Positions 8,326 through 17,821 of a DNA stretch of 27,620 nt are shown here, piece by piece; positions within the stretch are counted from its first letter, which is position 1, and each line of letters opens with the position of its first letter. Source of the stretch: a virus (lineage: Duplodnaviria > Caudoviricetes); the IMG/VR virus record IMGVR_UViG_3300026897_000032, positions 1-27,620 of that record. One strand, 5' to 3'. The translations under genes and the position numbers were made by a program. The notes below the pieces were generated by a model. That model had not been told where the DNA came from and searched no databases. It worked only from the letters and a program-made list of their open reading frames with translations.

Positions 8326-9417
8326 CTAGGCCCAAACGATCGCGCCGAGCACCGGTAACTCGCCGGGCTGGAATTCGAGGTCGGTCGCCGGCTCGACGAG
8401 CGTGTGACTGACCTCGCTTGGCGTCGTCGAAATCACCTCCGAAATCCATGCGCGCGGCAGCGTGAACGGGTCGTCGGGCAAGCCCGGCCGCACTCTTGAG
8501 GTGCTGGCCGTCGCATCGAAAAAGGTCGCGAGACTTTCTTGCACCGCCGCCCGGTTGGCGGCCGTGTCGCGCGTAAGCTTGACCTCAAGATCCACCGCAA
8601 CAGGCAAGGGCGCGGCGGCATAGAACCGGGCGCGCACGAGACGCTTGTCGAAAATGTAGGCGTCGACGGCGGCGATGTCGGCCTCGATCGGGATGCCGTT
8701 CGGGCGGCCGGCGAAAAGGATCCACACGCCGATTGTGCCGAATCCGTTGGCGAACTGTGCGGCCCAGCAATTGACGACGCCGGGCACCTCAAGCGCCCAT
8801 CGCTCATAGTCGCTTAACGTTCCACCCTGCGCCGGCGCGGCCTTGCGCTTGAGGCTGCGCACGCGAAGCGATTCCATATCCTCGACGTCGGCGCCGCCGC
8901 CGAGGCCACCCTCGTCGACCGTCACCCGTTCAAAAAGCGTCGGGTAGAGGCTGGCGTCCGCCAGCAACAGTGCGGCTCCTGCGGCCCGGTTGGTCGCCGC
9001 CCCGGTCATTTCCGCCACGACCTGCGCCGTGAAGGCGCCGGCGGCATCGGCGGTAAATCCGGACGTCGTCACATAGGTTACGCCGCCCGAAAGGAAGCGC
9101 ACGCCGGCGGGGTATGCCTGATGCGCCGCGCCCTGGCCGGTGACATTGCCGGCGGCCGCGGAAGCCGGCTTCTGGTAGATGCCATATTCCGCCGCATGCA
9201 TGCGGATGATCGCCGCGCTGGTCGCCGTTGTCAGGAAGATCTGGCGGAAGATCCATTCGAGCCGCAACTCGTATTCGTGCGCCAGAAGCGCCACGACCTT
9301 GCCAATGACCGCGAGCGCGTTTTGCTTGAGGCTGGCGTCGGTGCCCGGCAAATACTGCCGGATCGCCCCGCGCACGCTTCGCGAAATCTCGTCAAGCGAG
9401 CGGATCGGATATGCCAT
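8326..9417 (-). CDS. Baseplate J / Mu gp47-like protein
   Basis: GGADVEDMESLRVR, GGTLSDYERWALEVPGV; likely start MAYPIRSL at 9417, overlapping the end of gp46. Confidence 0.92.
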   Translation of the reverse strand: MAYPIRSLDEISRSVRGAIRQYLPGTDASLKQNALAVIGKVVALLAHEYELRLEWIFRQIFLTTATSAAIIRMHAAEYGIYQKPASAAAGNVTGQGAAHQAYPAGVRFLSGGVTYVTTSGFTADAAGAFTAQVVAEMTGAATNRAAGAALLLADASLYPTLFERVTVDEGGLGGGADVEDMESLRVRSLKRKAAPAQGGTLSDYERWALEVPGVVNCWAAQFANGFGTIGVWILFAGRPNGIPIEADIAAVDAYIFDKRLVRARFYAAAPLPVAVDLEVKLTRDTAANRAAVQESLATFFDATASTSRVRPGLPDDPFTLPRAWISEVISTTPSEVSHTLVEPATDLEFQPGELPVLGAIVWA

Positions 9418-9922
9418 CGAGTTGATCCCATAAAACAGCGAAGCGTTGATCGATGGCGCGGGCGCCGTCGCGCCCGTATCCAGCAATGGCGAGGTCGAGG
9501 CGGCGCCGAACGCGGTCGGCGGTCGCCGTAATGTCGAAGCGAACGACCGCGCCCTGGTCGATCAGCGTCTGCAGCGCCTCTTGCGCATAGTCTTGCGCGA
9601 TGACTTCGATGCCGTCTGTCAGCGCGCGCCTGCGCAACAGCCACAGTTTGGAGCCGAGCGGCGGCTCGCCGTCGGCGCGGTCGAAGCTGTCGCCAGGCCA
9701 GCCGCGATTGATATCGCCGTCGCGCAGCTCGGTCGCGTCGGCGCGGCGATCGGTCATCAGGCAGATCAGCACGGCCGTCGCCAGCGACTGCGTCGAGCGA
9801 AGCCCGCCGGGATTGACCGGGTCGGCAAGCGACGTCGTAACGAGGTCGCCGACGAACCCATTCCAGACCAGATCCGGGTCGAGCAATGGCTCGGCCGGAA
9901 GGTCGAGCGGAACAATTCTCAT
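9392..9922 (-). CDS. Baseplate protein, Mu gp46-like
   Basis: LATAVLICLMTDRRA, RGWPGD, LGSKLWLLRR, YAQEALQTLI. Confidence 0.92.
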   Translation of the reverse strand: MRIVPLDLPAEPLLDPDLVWNGFVGDLVTTSLADPVNPGGLRSTQSLATAVLICLMTDRRADATELRDGDINRGWPGDSFDRADGEPPLGSKLWLLRRRALTDGIEVIAQDYAQEALQTLIDQGAVVRFDITATADRVRRRLDLAIAGYGRDGARAIDQRFAVLWDQLDGISDPLA

Positions 9923-10398
9923 TTCAAGAGCACCATCGTCGCCAGATTACTGACATCCGCATCGCCGGCCGTGTCGATCGTGCCCTCGGCGCTCGCCGGG
10001 CGGGACGCATCAGGGCCGCCAAGAAGGACATGACCCTCAAGGATGATCTCGGGCGCGATGATATGAACCTTTGTCGAATGCACGATGCGAATGTCGGCCT
10101 CGACGATCGAGACGATGTTGCCGACATGGTCATAGATCGCGGTGCCGCCGCTTGGCAGTTCCGGGCGCAGCTTTGGATTTTCGCCGCCAAGCGCATAGGC
10201 CGAGTCGCGATTGCCGCGCGCGGAAAGCACCGTCACGATACCGCCCTTGACCGGATGGCTGGCAAAGCCGTGCGGCTCCGGGCGATGCACCCGCTCGAAA
10301 CCGTCTCCGGCAAAACCCTTGCCGTCGACGAATTGCTGGCCTCGCCGGTGCTCGACCTTTCCGTCGAGTTCCATGCGCGTCAGATGGCCGTCATACAT
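9919..10398 (-). CDS. Baseplate spike/assembly protein, Mu gp45-like
   Basis: PEPHGFASHP, RPELPSGGTAIYD; synteny between gp44 and gp46. Confidence 0.85.
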   Translation of the reverse strand: MYDGHLTRMELDGKVEHRRGQQFVDGKGFAGDGFERVHRPEPHGFASHPVKGGIVTVLSARGNRDSAYALGGENPKLRPELPSGGTAIYDHVGNIVSIVEADIRIVHSTKVHIIAPEIILEGHVLLGGPDASRPASAEGTIDTAGDADVSNLATMVLLK

Positions 10399-10410
10399 CG
10401 GTCGCGCCCC

Positions 10411-11493
10411 TCAATAATCGATGCCGATAACGCCGGTCGGCGCCGGCATTTCGGTCGTGATCGTCGCCTCTGACCCTGGCGCGTTCCATGCAGCATTCGA
10501 CTTGCCGCGTGGGTTTTCGCCGCCAAGCGTGCGCGGATCCTTCAGATTGAGCGTCGACGTCGTGCCGCCCTCCGAATCCTGGTCGAGCGTGACCGATGCA
10601 ATCACCATGTCTTGCTCGATCCCGAGCCAATCGTCGGCGACGGAAACGAGGAAATTTCGCGTCCACAGCTTGCCGCCGTCATCGCGAAAGCCGGGCACCG
10701 TCACGGTGCATGAAATGCCTTCGCCCGACGCGCGGCGCGCCTCCCATTTGGCGCGCTTCTGCAGCCGTGCGGATGTCGCCTCACCTTCATGAATTACGAT
10801 CAACGGCCGCTCGCGCGGCGCCGCGCCCTTTGTCTCGGCCTCGGGCCGCAGCGATGTTGTCGTGGTTCCTTCCGACGACTGGCCGCGAACCTTGACCTTG
10901 GAAAAGCTCTTTGCGCCCGACAGATTGCCGCTCGCCCGAATGATGTTCCGACCGCGCGCGAGCGACCCGGAATGCCGGCCCTCGGGCTTGTCGGCTAGGC
11001 GCAGCTTGCCGGACGGCGTGTCGTGTATGAGAACGCCCTGACCACGCGCGTCGGTTTCCAGCGTCTCGAAAAGGGTCTCTCCTGGCCGGACCTTGTGAAC
11101 CGATTTTGTCTGCGTCTCGACATCGCCTTCGATGCCGACGCCGAGCGTGTCGAATTCATTGGCGATCGCCACCATGTCGGCGTCGCGCTTCAGCCCGGTC
11201 GGATGCTCGATCGAACATTCCGTCGCGTCGCAAGTGCGCGAGACGAATGTCACGGCGTAACGCCGCGAGCCCTCGTCATGCGAGCCATTGACGTCGCGCA
11301 CATAGCCGGTGCCCCACAAAGCGCCGGACACCGTGATCGTCGCCTCGTCGTCGGGCTTGCACGGGATCCCGGCGCCATTCCATGCGACATCAAAGGTCGC
11401 CGTGCGCACCGCTTCCTCGGCCGAGGCCGATAGCGAGCAATGCGTATGCGGCAGCGCCCGACCGCCGACCCGAAACTCGATTGTTTCGATCAC
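10411..11493 (-). CDS. Baseplate hub / tail protein, Mu gp44 (P)-like
   Basis: GTGYV, VSRTCDATECS, VRPGETLFETLE, FSKVKVRGQ, LWTRNFLVSVAD. Confidence 0.9.
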   Translation of the reverse strand: MIETIEFRVGGRALPHTHCSLSASAEEAVRTATFDVAWNGAGIPCKPDDEATITVSGALWGTGYVRDVNGSHDEGSRRYAVTFVSRTCDATECSIEHPTGLKRDADMVAIANEFDTLGVGIEGDVETQTKSVHKVRPGETLFETLETDARGQGVLIHDTPSGKLRLADKPEGRHSGSLARGRNIIRASGNLSGAKSFSKVKVRGQSSEGTTTTSLRPEAETKGAAPRERPLIVIHEGEATSARLQKRAKWEARRASGEGISCTVTVPGFRDDGGKLWTRNFLVSVADDWLGIEQDMVIASVTLDQDSEGGTTSTLNLKDPRTLGGENPRGKSNAAWNAPGSEATITTEMPAPTGVIGIDY

Positions 11494-12092
11494 GAGCCAA
11501 GCGCCTCAAATGCGGACGGCATGACCAACGGCGTCGCGATGCGGTTGCGCTTCACGATCTCGCCGGCGCGGTTCGCATCGGCATACAGATCCCATGCGAT
11601 CAGCGTCGACGGAAGCGAGATCCCGGTCTCGACCCGAACGACGGGCGCGCGCGTGGCGGCCAGCGCCGACAGCGACAGCACGGTGTCGCCAACCAGTTGC
11701 ACCGTCCAGTCAAGCACCTCGGCACCGACAGCGCCGAGCGTCCCATAGGCGAGATCCGCGCGGGCGGACAGCGCCGAGCGGGCCGACGTCGCATCCTGGC
11801 GCGCGGGATAGTCGGCGCGCACCGTCGCAAAGCAGGCGATAACGATCGAGGCCACAACGATCGGCGCATCGCCGGCGAAATCGCCTGCCGCCAGCGATCG
11901 GTCGAGCGCCGCCAAAGCCGTCGCCGGATCCGCCGCCTGGCCGATCAGCTTCGCCAGGTCGAGCGCGGCGCGCATGCCTGTCTCGCCGCCGCCCGCCATC
12001 GCGCCGGCCAGAACGTCGACCGCCCGCAGGTCGTCAGCGTCGACGATCAGCTCGCCGGCGAGGCCCAAGAGAAAGCTCGCGATCATCGTCAT
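11490..12092 (-). CDS. C-terminal part of a Mu N/gp43-like protein, encoded as a separate ORF
   Basis: Ends LPSTLIAWDLYADANRAGEIVKRNRIATPLVMP, the typical gp43 C-terminus. ATG 12092 overlaps the upstream TGA (alternative ATG at 12104). Confidence 0.75.
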   Translation of the reverse strand: MTMIASFLLGLAGELIVDADDLRAVDVLAGAMAGGGETGMRAALDLAKLIGQAADPATALAALDRSLAAGDFAGDAPIVVASIVIACFATVRADYPARQDATSARSALSARADLAYGTLGAVGAEVLDWTVQLVGDTVLSLSALAATRAPVVRVETGISLPSTLIAWDLYADANRAGEIVKRNRIATPLVMPSAFEALGS

Positions 12093-12562
12093 TTGGTCGA
12101 CCATCCGAGCGAAACCAAAGCACCCGCCGCCAAGCCGGCGCCGGCGGCGAAGATCCCGAGCAGTGATGGCAGGCCGCCAAGCCCGCCGCCAAGCCCTGCG
12201 CCGGACACGACGAATTCAAGATCGTAGGCAAGATATCCCATCGCGTCGCGACGGCGGTCGCGGCGGCACGACAGGCAATGCATCGCGCGCGGCGGATCCA
12301 TCGGCAGGATCAATGCCGCCGCGCCAGGAACCGAGCACGCAGCCTCAAGCGCCAGGCCGACCGCGTCCGACGTGTCGCCGACGACATAGGCGGCAACATG
12401 CACCGTCGTCGACCGTCGCCCCATATCTTCGGTGACCGGAGCCTCGCCGCCCGAGATTTCATGCACGGCAACGCGGCGCCCGACAGCCGGGCCGTCGGCC
12501 TCGACCCAAAAAGCAGCGCCTCGAAACGAGGCCCGCCGAAGCGTATGCATCCAGTCGCGCAC
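12089..12562 (-). CDS. DNA circularization protein N-terminal domain (Mu N/gp43-like)
   Basis: LRRASFRGAAFWVE...GRRVAVHE...TEDMGR...; directly follows the tape measure gene. Confidence 0.88.
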   Translation of the reverse strand: MRDWMHTLRRASFRGAAFWVEADGPAVGRRVAVHEISGGEAPVTEDMGRRSTTVHVAAYVVGDTSDAVGLALEAACSVPGAAALILPMDPPRAMHCLSCRRDRRRDAMGYLAYDLEFVVSGAGLGGGLGGLPSLLGIFAAGAGLAAGALVSLGWSTK

Positions 12563-12574
12563 TTAATCTTTCCT

Positions 12575-15448
12575 TTAGTTCGGGCCGCGGCGGGTCGAGC
12601 CGGCGTCGGGCATGGTGCGGCCGCGAACGCCGGACGGCGCCGGCAACCCGCCGCCCGAAACGGCTGCGTTGACCGTGATCGTCCCGACACTTTGGCGGAA
12701 TGACGCGGCCGCCCTGGCGCCGAACTGGTCGGCCATGCCCTCAAGCATGCGCGAGAAGGTCGACCCCGCTTCACTGCCGAAACTTTGGCCGCCGTCGCGT
12801 CCCGCCTCGTTTATCGCTCGCGCCGCATCGGTTATGGCAGCGCCGGCGTCGGCGCCGCCAGTCGACAGCGCCATTTCGATTTCGTTCGCGATACGGCCAT
12901 GATCCTGCCGCAGCGCCGACATCGAAGCTTCCTCGGCCTCGCGATAGGTTGGCCCGGACGGCGGTCGCGAGCCCTCGCGGCGCGGCGGCGCGGCGGGCAG
13001 TGGTCGAGACGGTTCCGAGGGCGTCACCACAGTCGGGCGCTGCGGCGCTGCGGGTAGTGGTCGAGACGGTTCCAATGGCGTCACCACAGTCGGGCGCGGC
13101 GGTAGAGCCGGCAAGGGTGGCGGAACGATAATAGGCCGGCGATCGTCCGCCATATGCGGCCGATCAGCCTTGATAGCCGCGCCAGACTCGACCGCTGGCG
13201 CCGCTTCGACGGGCTTCCTACCGTAACCAGCATAGGCGTCGCCGATCTCGCCGGCCGCCTCGCGCGCCTTGCGCCCGGTTTCTGCCGCGCCAGACGCAAG
13301 CGCCATTTCGATTTCATTTGCGATACGGCCATGATCCTGCCGCAGCGCCGACATCGAAGCTTCCTCGGCCTCGCGATAGGTTGGCCTTGCCGGCGCTACG
13401 ACGTCGCGAGAATCCGGCGCAGATGGCGCGCGGGCATAGGTTCCCATGGCCGCGGCAAACTCGCTCGCCGCGTCGCGGATCTTCTGGCCGACCTCGTCGC
13501 CGCCGGACGCAAGCGCCGTCTCGATTTCGTTTGCGATACGGCCATGATCCTGCCGCAGCGCCGACATCGAAGCTTCCTCGGCCTCGCGATAGGTTGGCCT
13601 TGCCGGCGCTACGACGTCGCGAGAATCCGGAGCAGATGGCGCGCGGGCATAGGTTCCCATGGCCGCGGCAAACTCGCTCGCCGCGTCGCGGATCTTCTGG
13701 CCGACATCGTCGCCGCCGGACGCAAGCGCCGTCTCGATTTCGTTTGCGATACGGCCATGATCCTGCCGCAGCGCCGACATCGAAGCTTCCTCGGCCTCGC
13801 GATAGGTTGGCCCGGACGGCGGCGGCTCGGGAGGTGCCGCACCTTCAGGCGGGGATCCCGCAAACCGTCGGGCCGCCTCGCGCGCCGCCTTGCCGACTTC
13901 TGTGCCGCTGGCCGCAAACTCGCGAAAGTTCCGCTCCGGCTTGAATGGCGCGGCGGCGCCGGTCGCCTGCGCGGACGGCGGCGGCGCGACGACGGTCGGG
14001 CGGTTGTCAGCGTTTGGATCCGGCCGCGGCATCGGAATCGGAACGCCGTCATTGCTGTCGGGCCGAGGCGTCGGAATGGGGATCCCGCCGTCGGGCGTGG
14101 CAGATGCCGCGGCGCGCGAACGGGCATATTCGCCGTAAGTTTCAATGGCGCGCTTTTGTTCCTCGGAACGATAGCCGCCGGCCCAAGCCATATCGTCCTT
14201 TGCGTCCTGGCCGGGAGCAAGCCACCATTTCAGGCGATCGAAACCCTTTACGCCCTTTTTTTCGAGGGCGGCCTCGATCGCAGACGAATAGTCGATTCCT
14301 TCGGAAGCAAAATCCATGACCTTGCCGACAGGCCCTGCGATAGTGCCGCCGAACGAGGTTTTGAGCTTGCCCCACGAGGCCGACATCTTGTCGATCTTGC
14401 TCTGATTGTCCGCAAGAACGCGCCCGAGGTCGCGCATCGTCGAGCCGTCGACCTTCGACCCGTTCACCTCGGCGATAAACCGCTTATAGCTGTCAGCGCT
14501 GGTCATCAGCGACTGCATGCCGAGGCGGAACTCCTGGTCGGTAAACAGCAGCGGCAGCTTGCTAAGGTCGCCGTTCACCGCCTGTTTCGACAGCCGGACA
14601 AAGGCTTGCACGACGCCCTCGCCGCTCTTTTTCGCGGCGTCGAGTTCCTTGCGCAGATTGATGCCGAACTTCGAAAACTTCTTTTCGGTGTCGCTCGAAA
14701 ACATCTTGCCGAAGATGTTTTGCGCCTGCGTCGCCGCGGCGCCGGCCGAGCCGGTATCCTCGCGGATGGTCTGCAGCACGGCGACCAGTTCCTTGAGCCC
14801 CGCCTCGCCACTATAGCCGAGCGACGCGAACGAATTCGCCAGCTCGGGGATATAGGTCGCCATATCCTTGAGTTCGAATTGCCCAGCCTTGCCGCCGGTC
14901 ACCATGATGTCGAAGGCCCGCTGCATGTCGGCCGCTTCGATCTTCAGCGCCGACGAGGCCTTTTGCGCCGTGTTGGCGATATCGGCCGTCGCCGCGCCTG
15001 CGGCCTGCGCCGTCGCCAGAACCGACGGCAGGAACGCCATCGCCTCTTTCAGATCCATGCCCGACGAAACCAGCGTATCGAGGCCGGAAACCGCCTCGTC
15101 GATCGGCAGCGCGAAATCCTTGGCGCTGCGCTGTAGAAGATCGAACGCGGCGCGGGTTTCGTCGACATTGGCGCCGGCCGTGATGCCGATGCGCGTCATC
15201 CGCCGTTCAAGTTCGGCGAACTCGACATAGGCTTCCTTCGCGCCATAGACGAGCGCCGCCGGCGCGGCATAGCGCAACAGCATCGCCTGCATGTCGCGAG
15301 CGCCGGCGGCGATCATGCCTTGACGGCGATTGAAGGCGCGCGCCTGGTTGTCGACCTTGTCGAGGTGCCCGGAAAGCTGGCGAAACGCGGCCATGCTGCC
15401 GAGCTTCGACGATAGCCGAAGGATCGCCTCGATCGTGCGGTTAGACAT
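12575..15448 (-). CDS. Tail tape measure protein with repeat-expanded C-terminal half
   Basis: 957 aa, Ala/Gly-rich helical; core AFDIMVTGGKAGQFELKDMATYIPEL; position after the chaperone. Confidence 0.92.
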   Translation of the reverse strand: MSNRTIEAILRLSSKLGSMAAFRQLSGHLDKVDNQARAFNRRQGMIAAGARDMQAMLLRYAAPAALVYGAKEAYVEFAELERRMTRIGITAGANVDETRAAFDLLQRSAKDFALPIDEAVSGLDTLVSSGMDLKEAMAFLPSVLATAQAAGAATADIANTAQKASSALKIEAADMQRAFDIMVTGGKAGQFELKDMATYIPELANSFASLGYSGEAGLKELVAVLQTIREDTGSAGAAATQAQNIFGKMFSSDTEKKFSKFGINLRKELDAAKKSGEGVVQAFVRLSKQAVNGDLSKLPLLFTDQEFRLGMQSLMTSADSYKRFIAEVNGSKVDGSTMRDLGRVLADNQSKIDKMSASWGKLKTSFGGTIAGPVGKVMDFASEGIDYSSAIEAALEKKGVKGFDRLKWWLAPGQDAKDDMAWAGGYRSEEQKRAIETYGEYARSRAAASATPDGGIPIPTPRPDSNDGVPIPMPRPDPNADNRPTVVAPPPSAQATGAAAPFKPERNFREFAASGTEVGKAAREAARRFAGSPPEGAAPPEPPPSGPTYREAEEASMSALRQDHGRIANEIETALASGGDDVGQKIRDAASEFAAAMGTYARAPSAPDSRDVVAPARPTYREAEEASMSALRQDHGRIANEIETALASGGDEVGQKIRDAASEFAAAMGTYARAPSAPDSRDVVAPARPTYREAEEASMSALRQDHGRIANEIEMALASGAAETGRKAREAAGEIGDAYAGYGRKPVEAAPAVESGAAIKADRPHMADDRRPIIVPPPLPALPPRPTVVTPLEPSRPLPAAPQRPTVVTPSEPSRPLPAAPPRREGSRPPSGPTYREAEEASMSALRQDHGRIANEIEMALSTGGADAGAAITDAARAINEAGRDGGQSFGSEAGSTFSRMLEGMADQFGARAAASFRQSVGTITVNAAVSGGGLPAPSGVRGRTMPDAGSTRRGPN
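12990..13098. repeat. In-frame 57-bp tandem duplication (19 aa, RPTVVTPxEPSRPLPAAPx)
   Basis: TGGTCGAGACGGTTCC at 13001 and 13058. Confidence 0.9.
13293..13812. repeat. In-frame 213-bp tandem repeat (about 2.4 copies, 71 aa), with a further partial copy at about 12867-12964
   Basis: CGATACGGCCATGATCCTGCCGCAGCGCCGACATCGAAGCTTCC starts at 12889, 13321, 13534 and 13747. Confidence 0.95.
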
Positions 15449-15888
15449 TTATCGGCTTCCCCATCGCGCGGCGCGCGCCCCGTATGTCAGGATCTCGTCG
15501 AAGGTCAGGCGTCCGACCTCATCGAACCCTTTGCCGAATCGCCAGAGGAGTCGGTCGGCACAGTCTTCGACGAGCGCGATTCGGTAAAAAAACCAAGGAT
15601 CGCGCGATGCACGGCGAGCGCGTCCTTCAGGTCGAGAACGACGAGATCCGCCGCCGAGTTCGGTTCCTTGAGGCAGCGCTCGGCATATTGCGCGACGACG
15701 TCGTGATGCTTCACGAGCATCATGCGCGGTGCGCCCTCGGCCGCGCCTGGCGCGTCGACGGGTTGCCATTCCTCGACGTCGCCGAGGTCGACAAAATCCT
15801 GCCAGCGCGGCACCCGGAAGGCCAAGGCCTCGAAAGGCCTTCCGGTTTCGGTATAGGTGCGCGACAGCGTGACCTTGGCGTCTGCCAT
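15449..15888 (-). CDS. Extended chaperone made by programmed -1 frameshift (lambda GT / P2 E+E' analogue)
   Basis: GGT-TTT-TTT-ACC at 15594-15583; the -1 frame stays open (YRIALVEDCADRLLWRFG...WGSR) to a TAA at 15449 abutting the TMP ATG. Confidence 0.75.
15505..15888 (-). CDS. Tail assembly chaperone (Mu gp41 / lambda G analogue)
   Basis: Between tube and tape measure genes; LDLKDALAVHRAILGFF motif with slippery site. Confidence 0.8.
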   Translation of the reverse strand: MADAKVTLSRTYTETGRPFEALAFRVPRWQDFVDLGDVEEWQPVDAPGAAEGAPRMMLVKHHDVVAQYAERCLKEPNSAADLVVLDLKDALAVHRAILGFFTESRSSKTVPTDSSGDSAKGSMRSDA

Positions 15889-16259
15889 CAGCCCAACTTC
15901 CGGTAGCTTTCGGCCATGATGCCGACGCCGGTCACCTCGCCGTTAACCCGGTTCGATGCCGGGTCTCCGGTGTAGAAAGCCGCCGTGAAAAGGTGGATCA
16001 CGCCGGTCCATTCCTCGTTGATCGTGACGTCGCACCGCGCGTCGCCCATCATCGCCGCGAGATCGACATTCTTGTCGGCGAAGTTGATGTCCGCCCGAGG
16101 CGCCGCCGGCGTGGCTATGCGGTCGGGACTGCCGTCCTGGTTGACCAGACCCTCGATCGTCCGGGTTGCGGGGTTGACGGTAAAGGTCCCGCGCAGCGAC
16201 ACGTTGCGGCCGCTCGAGTCGCGGAACTTCATCACGCCGCCAAAATCTTTTCCGGCCAT
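15888..16259 (-). CDS. Tail tube protein
   Basis: 123 aa beta-rich protein directly after the sheath; GGAG SD. Confidence 0.8.
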   Translation of the reverse strand: MAGKDFGGVMKFRDSSGRNVSLRGTFTVNPATRTIEGLVNQDGSPDRIATPAAPRADINFADKNVDLAAMMGDARCDVTINEEWTGVIHLFTAAFYTGDPASNRVNGEVTGVGIMAESYRKLG

Positions 16260-16315
16260 TGCTGGACTCCTTGAGTTGAAAAATTAGGGAATGCGGAGAG
16301 GCGTTACTCGCCGGC

Positions 16316-17809
16316 CTAAGCCGGCGAGAACTGCGAATAGACGACGGCGTTTGCCGCGATCACGTCGAGCGGGTTGACCATGTCGATCGGCGCATAAATG
16401 TCGATCCGGTTCGGATTGTCGGCGTTGCGCTTCACCTCGATCAGATCCGCCGCGCGGCCCGGATTTTCCAGAACACCGGTGTTCACCATGCGCTGATACG
16501 AGTGCATGAAGGTCGCCTTGATATCCGACGGCGTCGAGATCGTGTTGAGGTTGGCGGGATTGTCGTCGGCAACCGCCTTCTGGCCGTGCTCGACGGTCAG
16601 GTCGGTGCGGAAGCGGCGCAGCGCATAGACGAGCTGGCCGATCTTCTGCACGTCGCGGAACGTCGTGTCGGGAACGTCATTGAACGTCCGCGAGGTCGTG
16701 ATGATCTTGTCGATCACCACGTCGCCGCCGGTGTTGACTTTCCAGGTCGACAGACCGGAGCCGAGGAAGGCGTCGCGCGTCGCATAGTCGAGCCAGCCCG
16801 CCCGGTCACGAGGCGGCAGAAGCCCCTCGACGACGAGGCCGGTCTGATTGCGCGACACGTTGCCGGTCGCCCCGTCCGACAGCCAGGGGACAATCCTCGC
16901 GGCCATACCGGCGGCCCAATGCCAGACCGGGTTCGGCGCATTCGACGAGGCGATCACCGGCAAAACGGTCAAGTGCCGGCTGTCCTGCGCCAGGCCGTGC
17001 GTGGTGAGATTGGCGATCGAATCCGCCAGGGGATAGAAAACATGGCCGTAAATCTGGCGGTTCCATGCCCACCGGCCAGAGATATCCGACAGGAGGGTTT
17101 CATAACGCCCGACATTGGTGGCGTCCGAAAACGGGCTGACAATCCAGTCGAACTCGTCGTCGCCAAGCGCCGCCAGACCAGCCGAAAGGTCGGGATTGCC
17201 GGCGCCGGCCGTCGGCGCCGCGATCGTCACCTTGCCCGACAGCGTGTTCGAACCGTCGATCGCGGGAATGTTGATGTCGATCCCGTTCATGATGACGCCG
17301 CTATGGCGCGGCGTCAGCGTCACGACCTCTGCCACGGCGGCAGCGGTATAGGGCAGGCTCGCGCCGGTCAGCTTGTTGAAATAGCCGTTGACGGCGGCGG
17401 CAAGCGCGGTCGCGACATCTTCGTCGGTGTCGCCAGTTGCAACCGTGAAGATCAGCGTTTCGCCGGCGATCTGCACCGCGGCAGCGCCCGCCGCCGGCGC
17501 ATCGTTGATCGTGATCGTGCGCGATCCCTTGGTCCCGGTTTCCGGTACCGCCATGATCCATATCTCCTGCGCCGGCGCATTTTGGCGGGCAAGCCGCACC
17601 ATGTCGTCGAGCATCGAGCCGGCGCCGGCCAGGCGGCGCGCCTCGGCGATCGACGGGCACGGCGTCGGCGTATTGGCGGCGATCACAGCGCCCGCCGCGA
17701 GCGCAAAGCCGATCAGCAGAAGTCGCGAGCGGTTTTCGAACTGGCCGCCGGAATTCACTTCAAAGGCGACGATCGGAGCGATCAGATTGCCGGGAATGGT
17801 GTTGAACAT
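16316..17809 (-). CDS. Tail sheath protein, Mu gpL-like
   Basis: LAGAGSMLDDMV, GAGNPDLSAGLAALGD, SGRWAW, ITPSDIK-like ISTPSDIKA, RNADNPNRIDIY; alternative TTG start at 17818. Confidence 0.93.
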   Translation of the reverse strand: MFNTIPGNLIAPIVAFEVNSGGQFENRSRLLLIGFALAAGAVIAANTPTPCPSIAEARRLAGAGSMLDDMVRLARQNAPAQEIWIMAVPETGTKGSRTITINDAPAAGAAAVQIAGETLIFTVATGDTDEDVATALAAAVNGYFNKLTGASLPYTAAAVAEVVTLTPRHSGVIMNGIDINIPAIDGSNTLSGKVTIAAPTAGAGNPDLSAGLAALGDDEFDWIVSPFSDATNVGRYETLLSDISGRWAWNRQIYGHVFYPLADSIANLTTHGLAQDSRHLTVLPVIASSNAPNPVWHWAAGMAARIVPWLSDGATGNVSRNQTGLVVEGLLPPRDRAGWLDYATRDAFLGSGLSTWKVNTGGDVVIDKIITTSRTFNDVPDTTFRDVQKIGQLVYALRRFRTDLTVEHGQKAVADDNPANLNTISTPSDIKATFMHSYQRMVNTGVLENPGRAADLIEVKRNADNPNRIDIYAPIDMVNPLDVIAANAVVYSQFSPA

Positions 17810-17821
17810 TTTGATCAAGCC

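Noticed and set aside
12860-13812. CRISPR-like array
   Set aside because: Repeats are long, in-frame and coding; the intervening sequences are themselves duplicated; no cas genes
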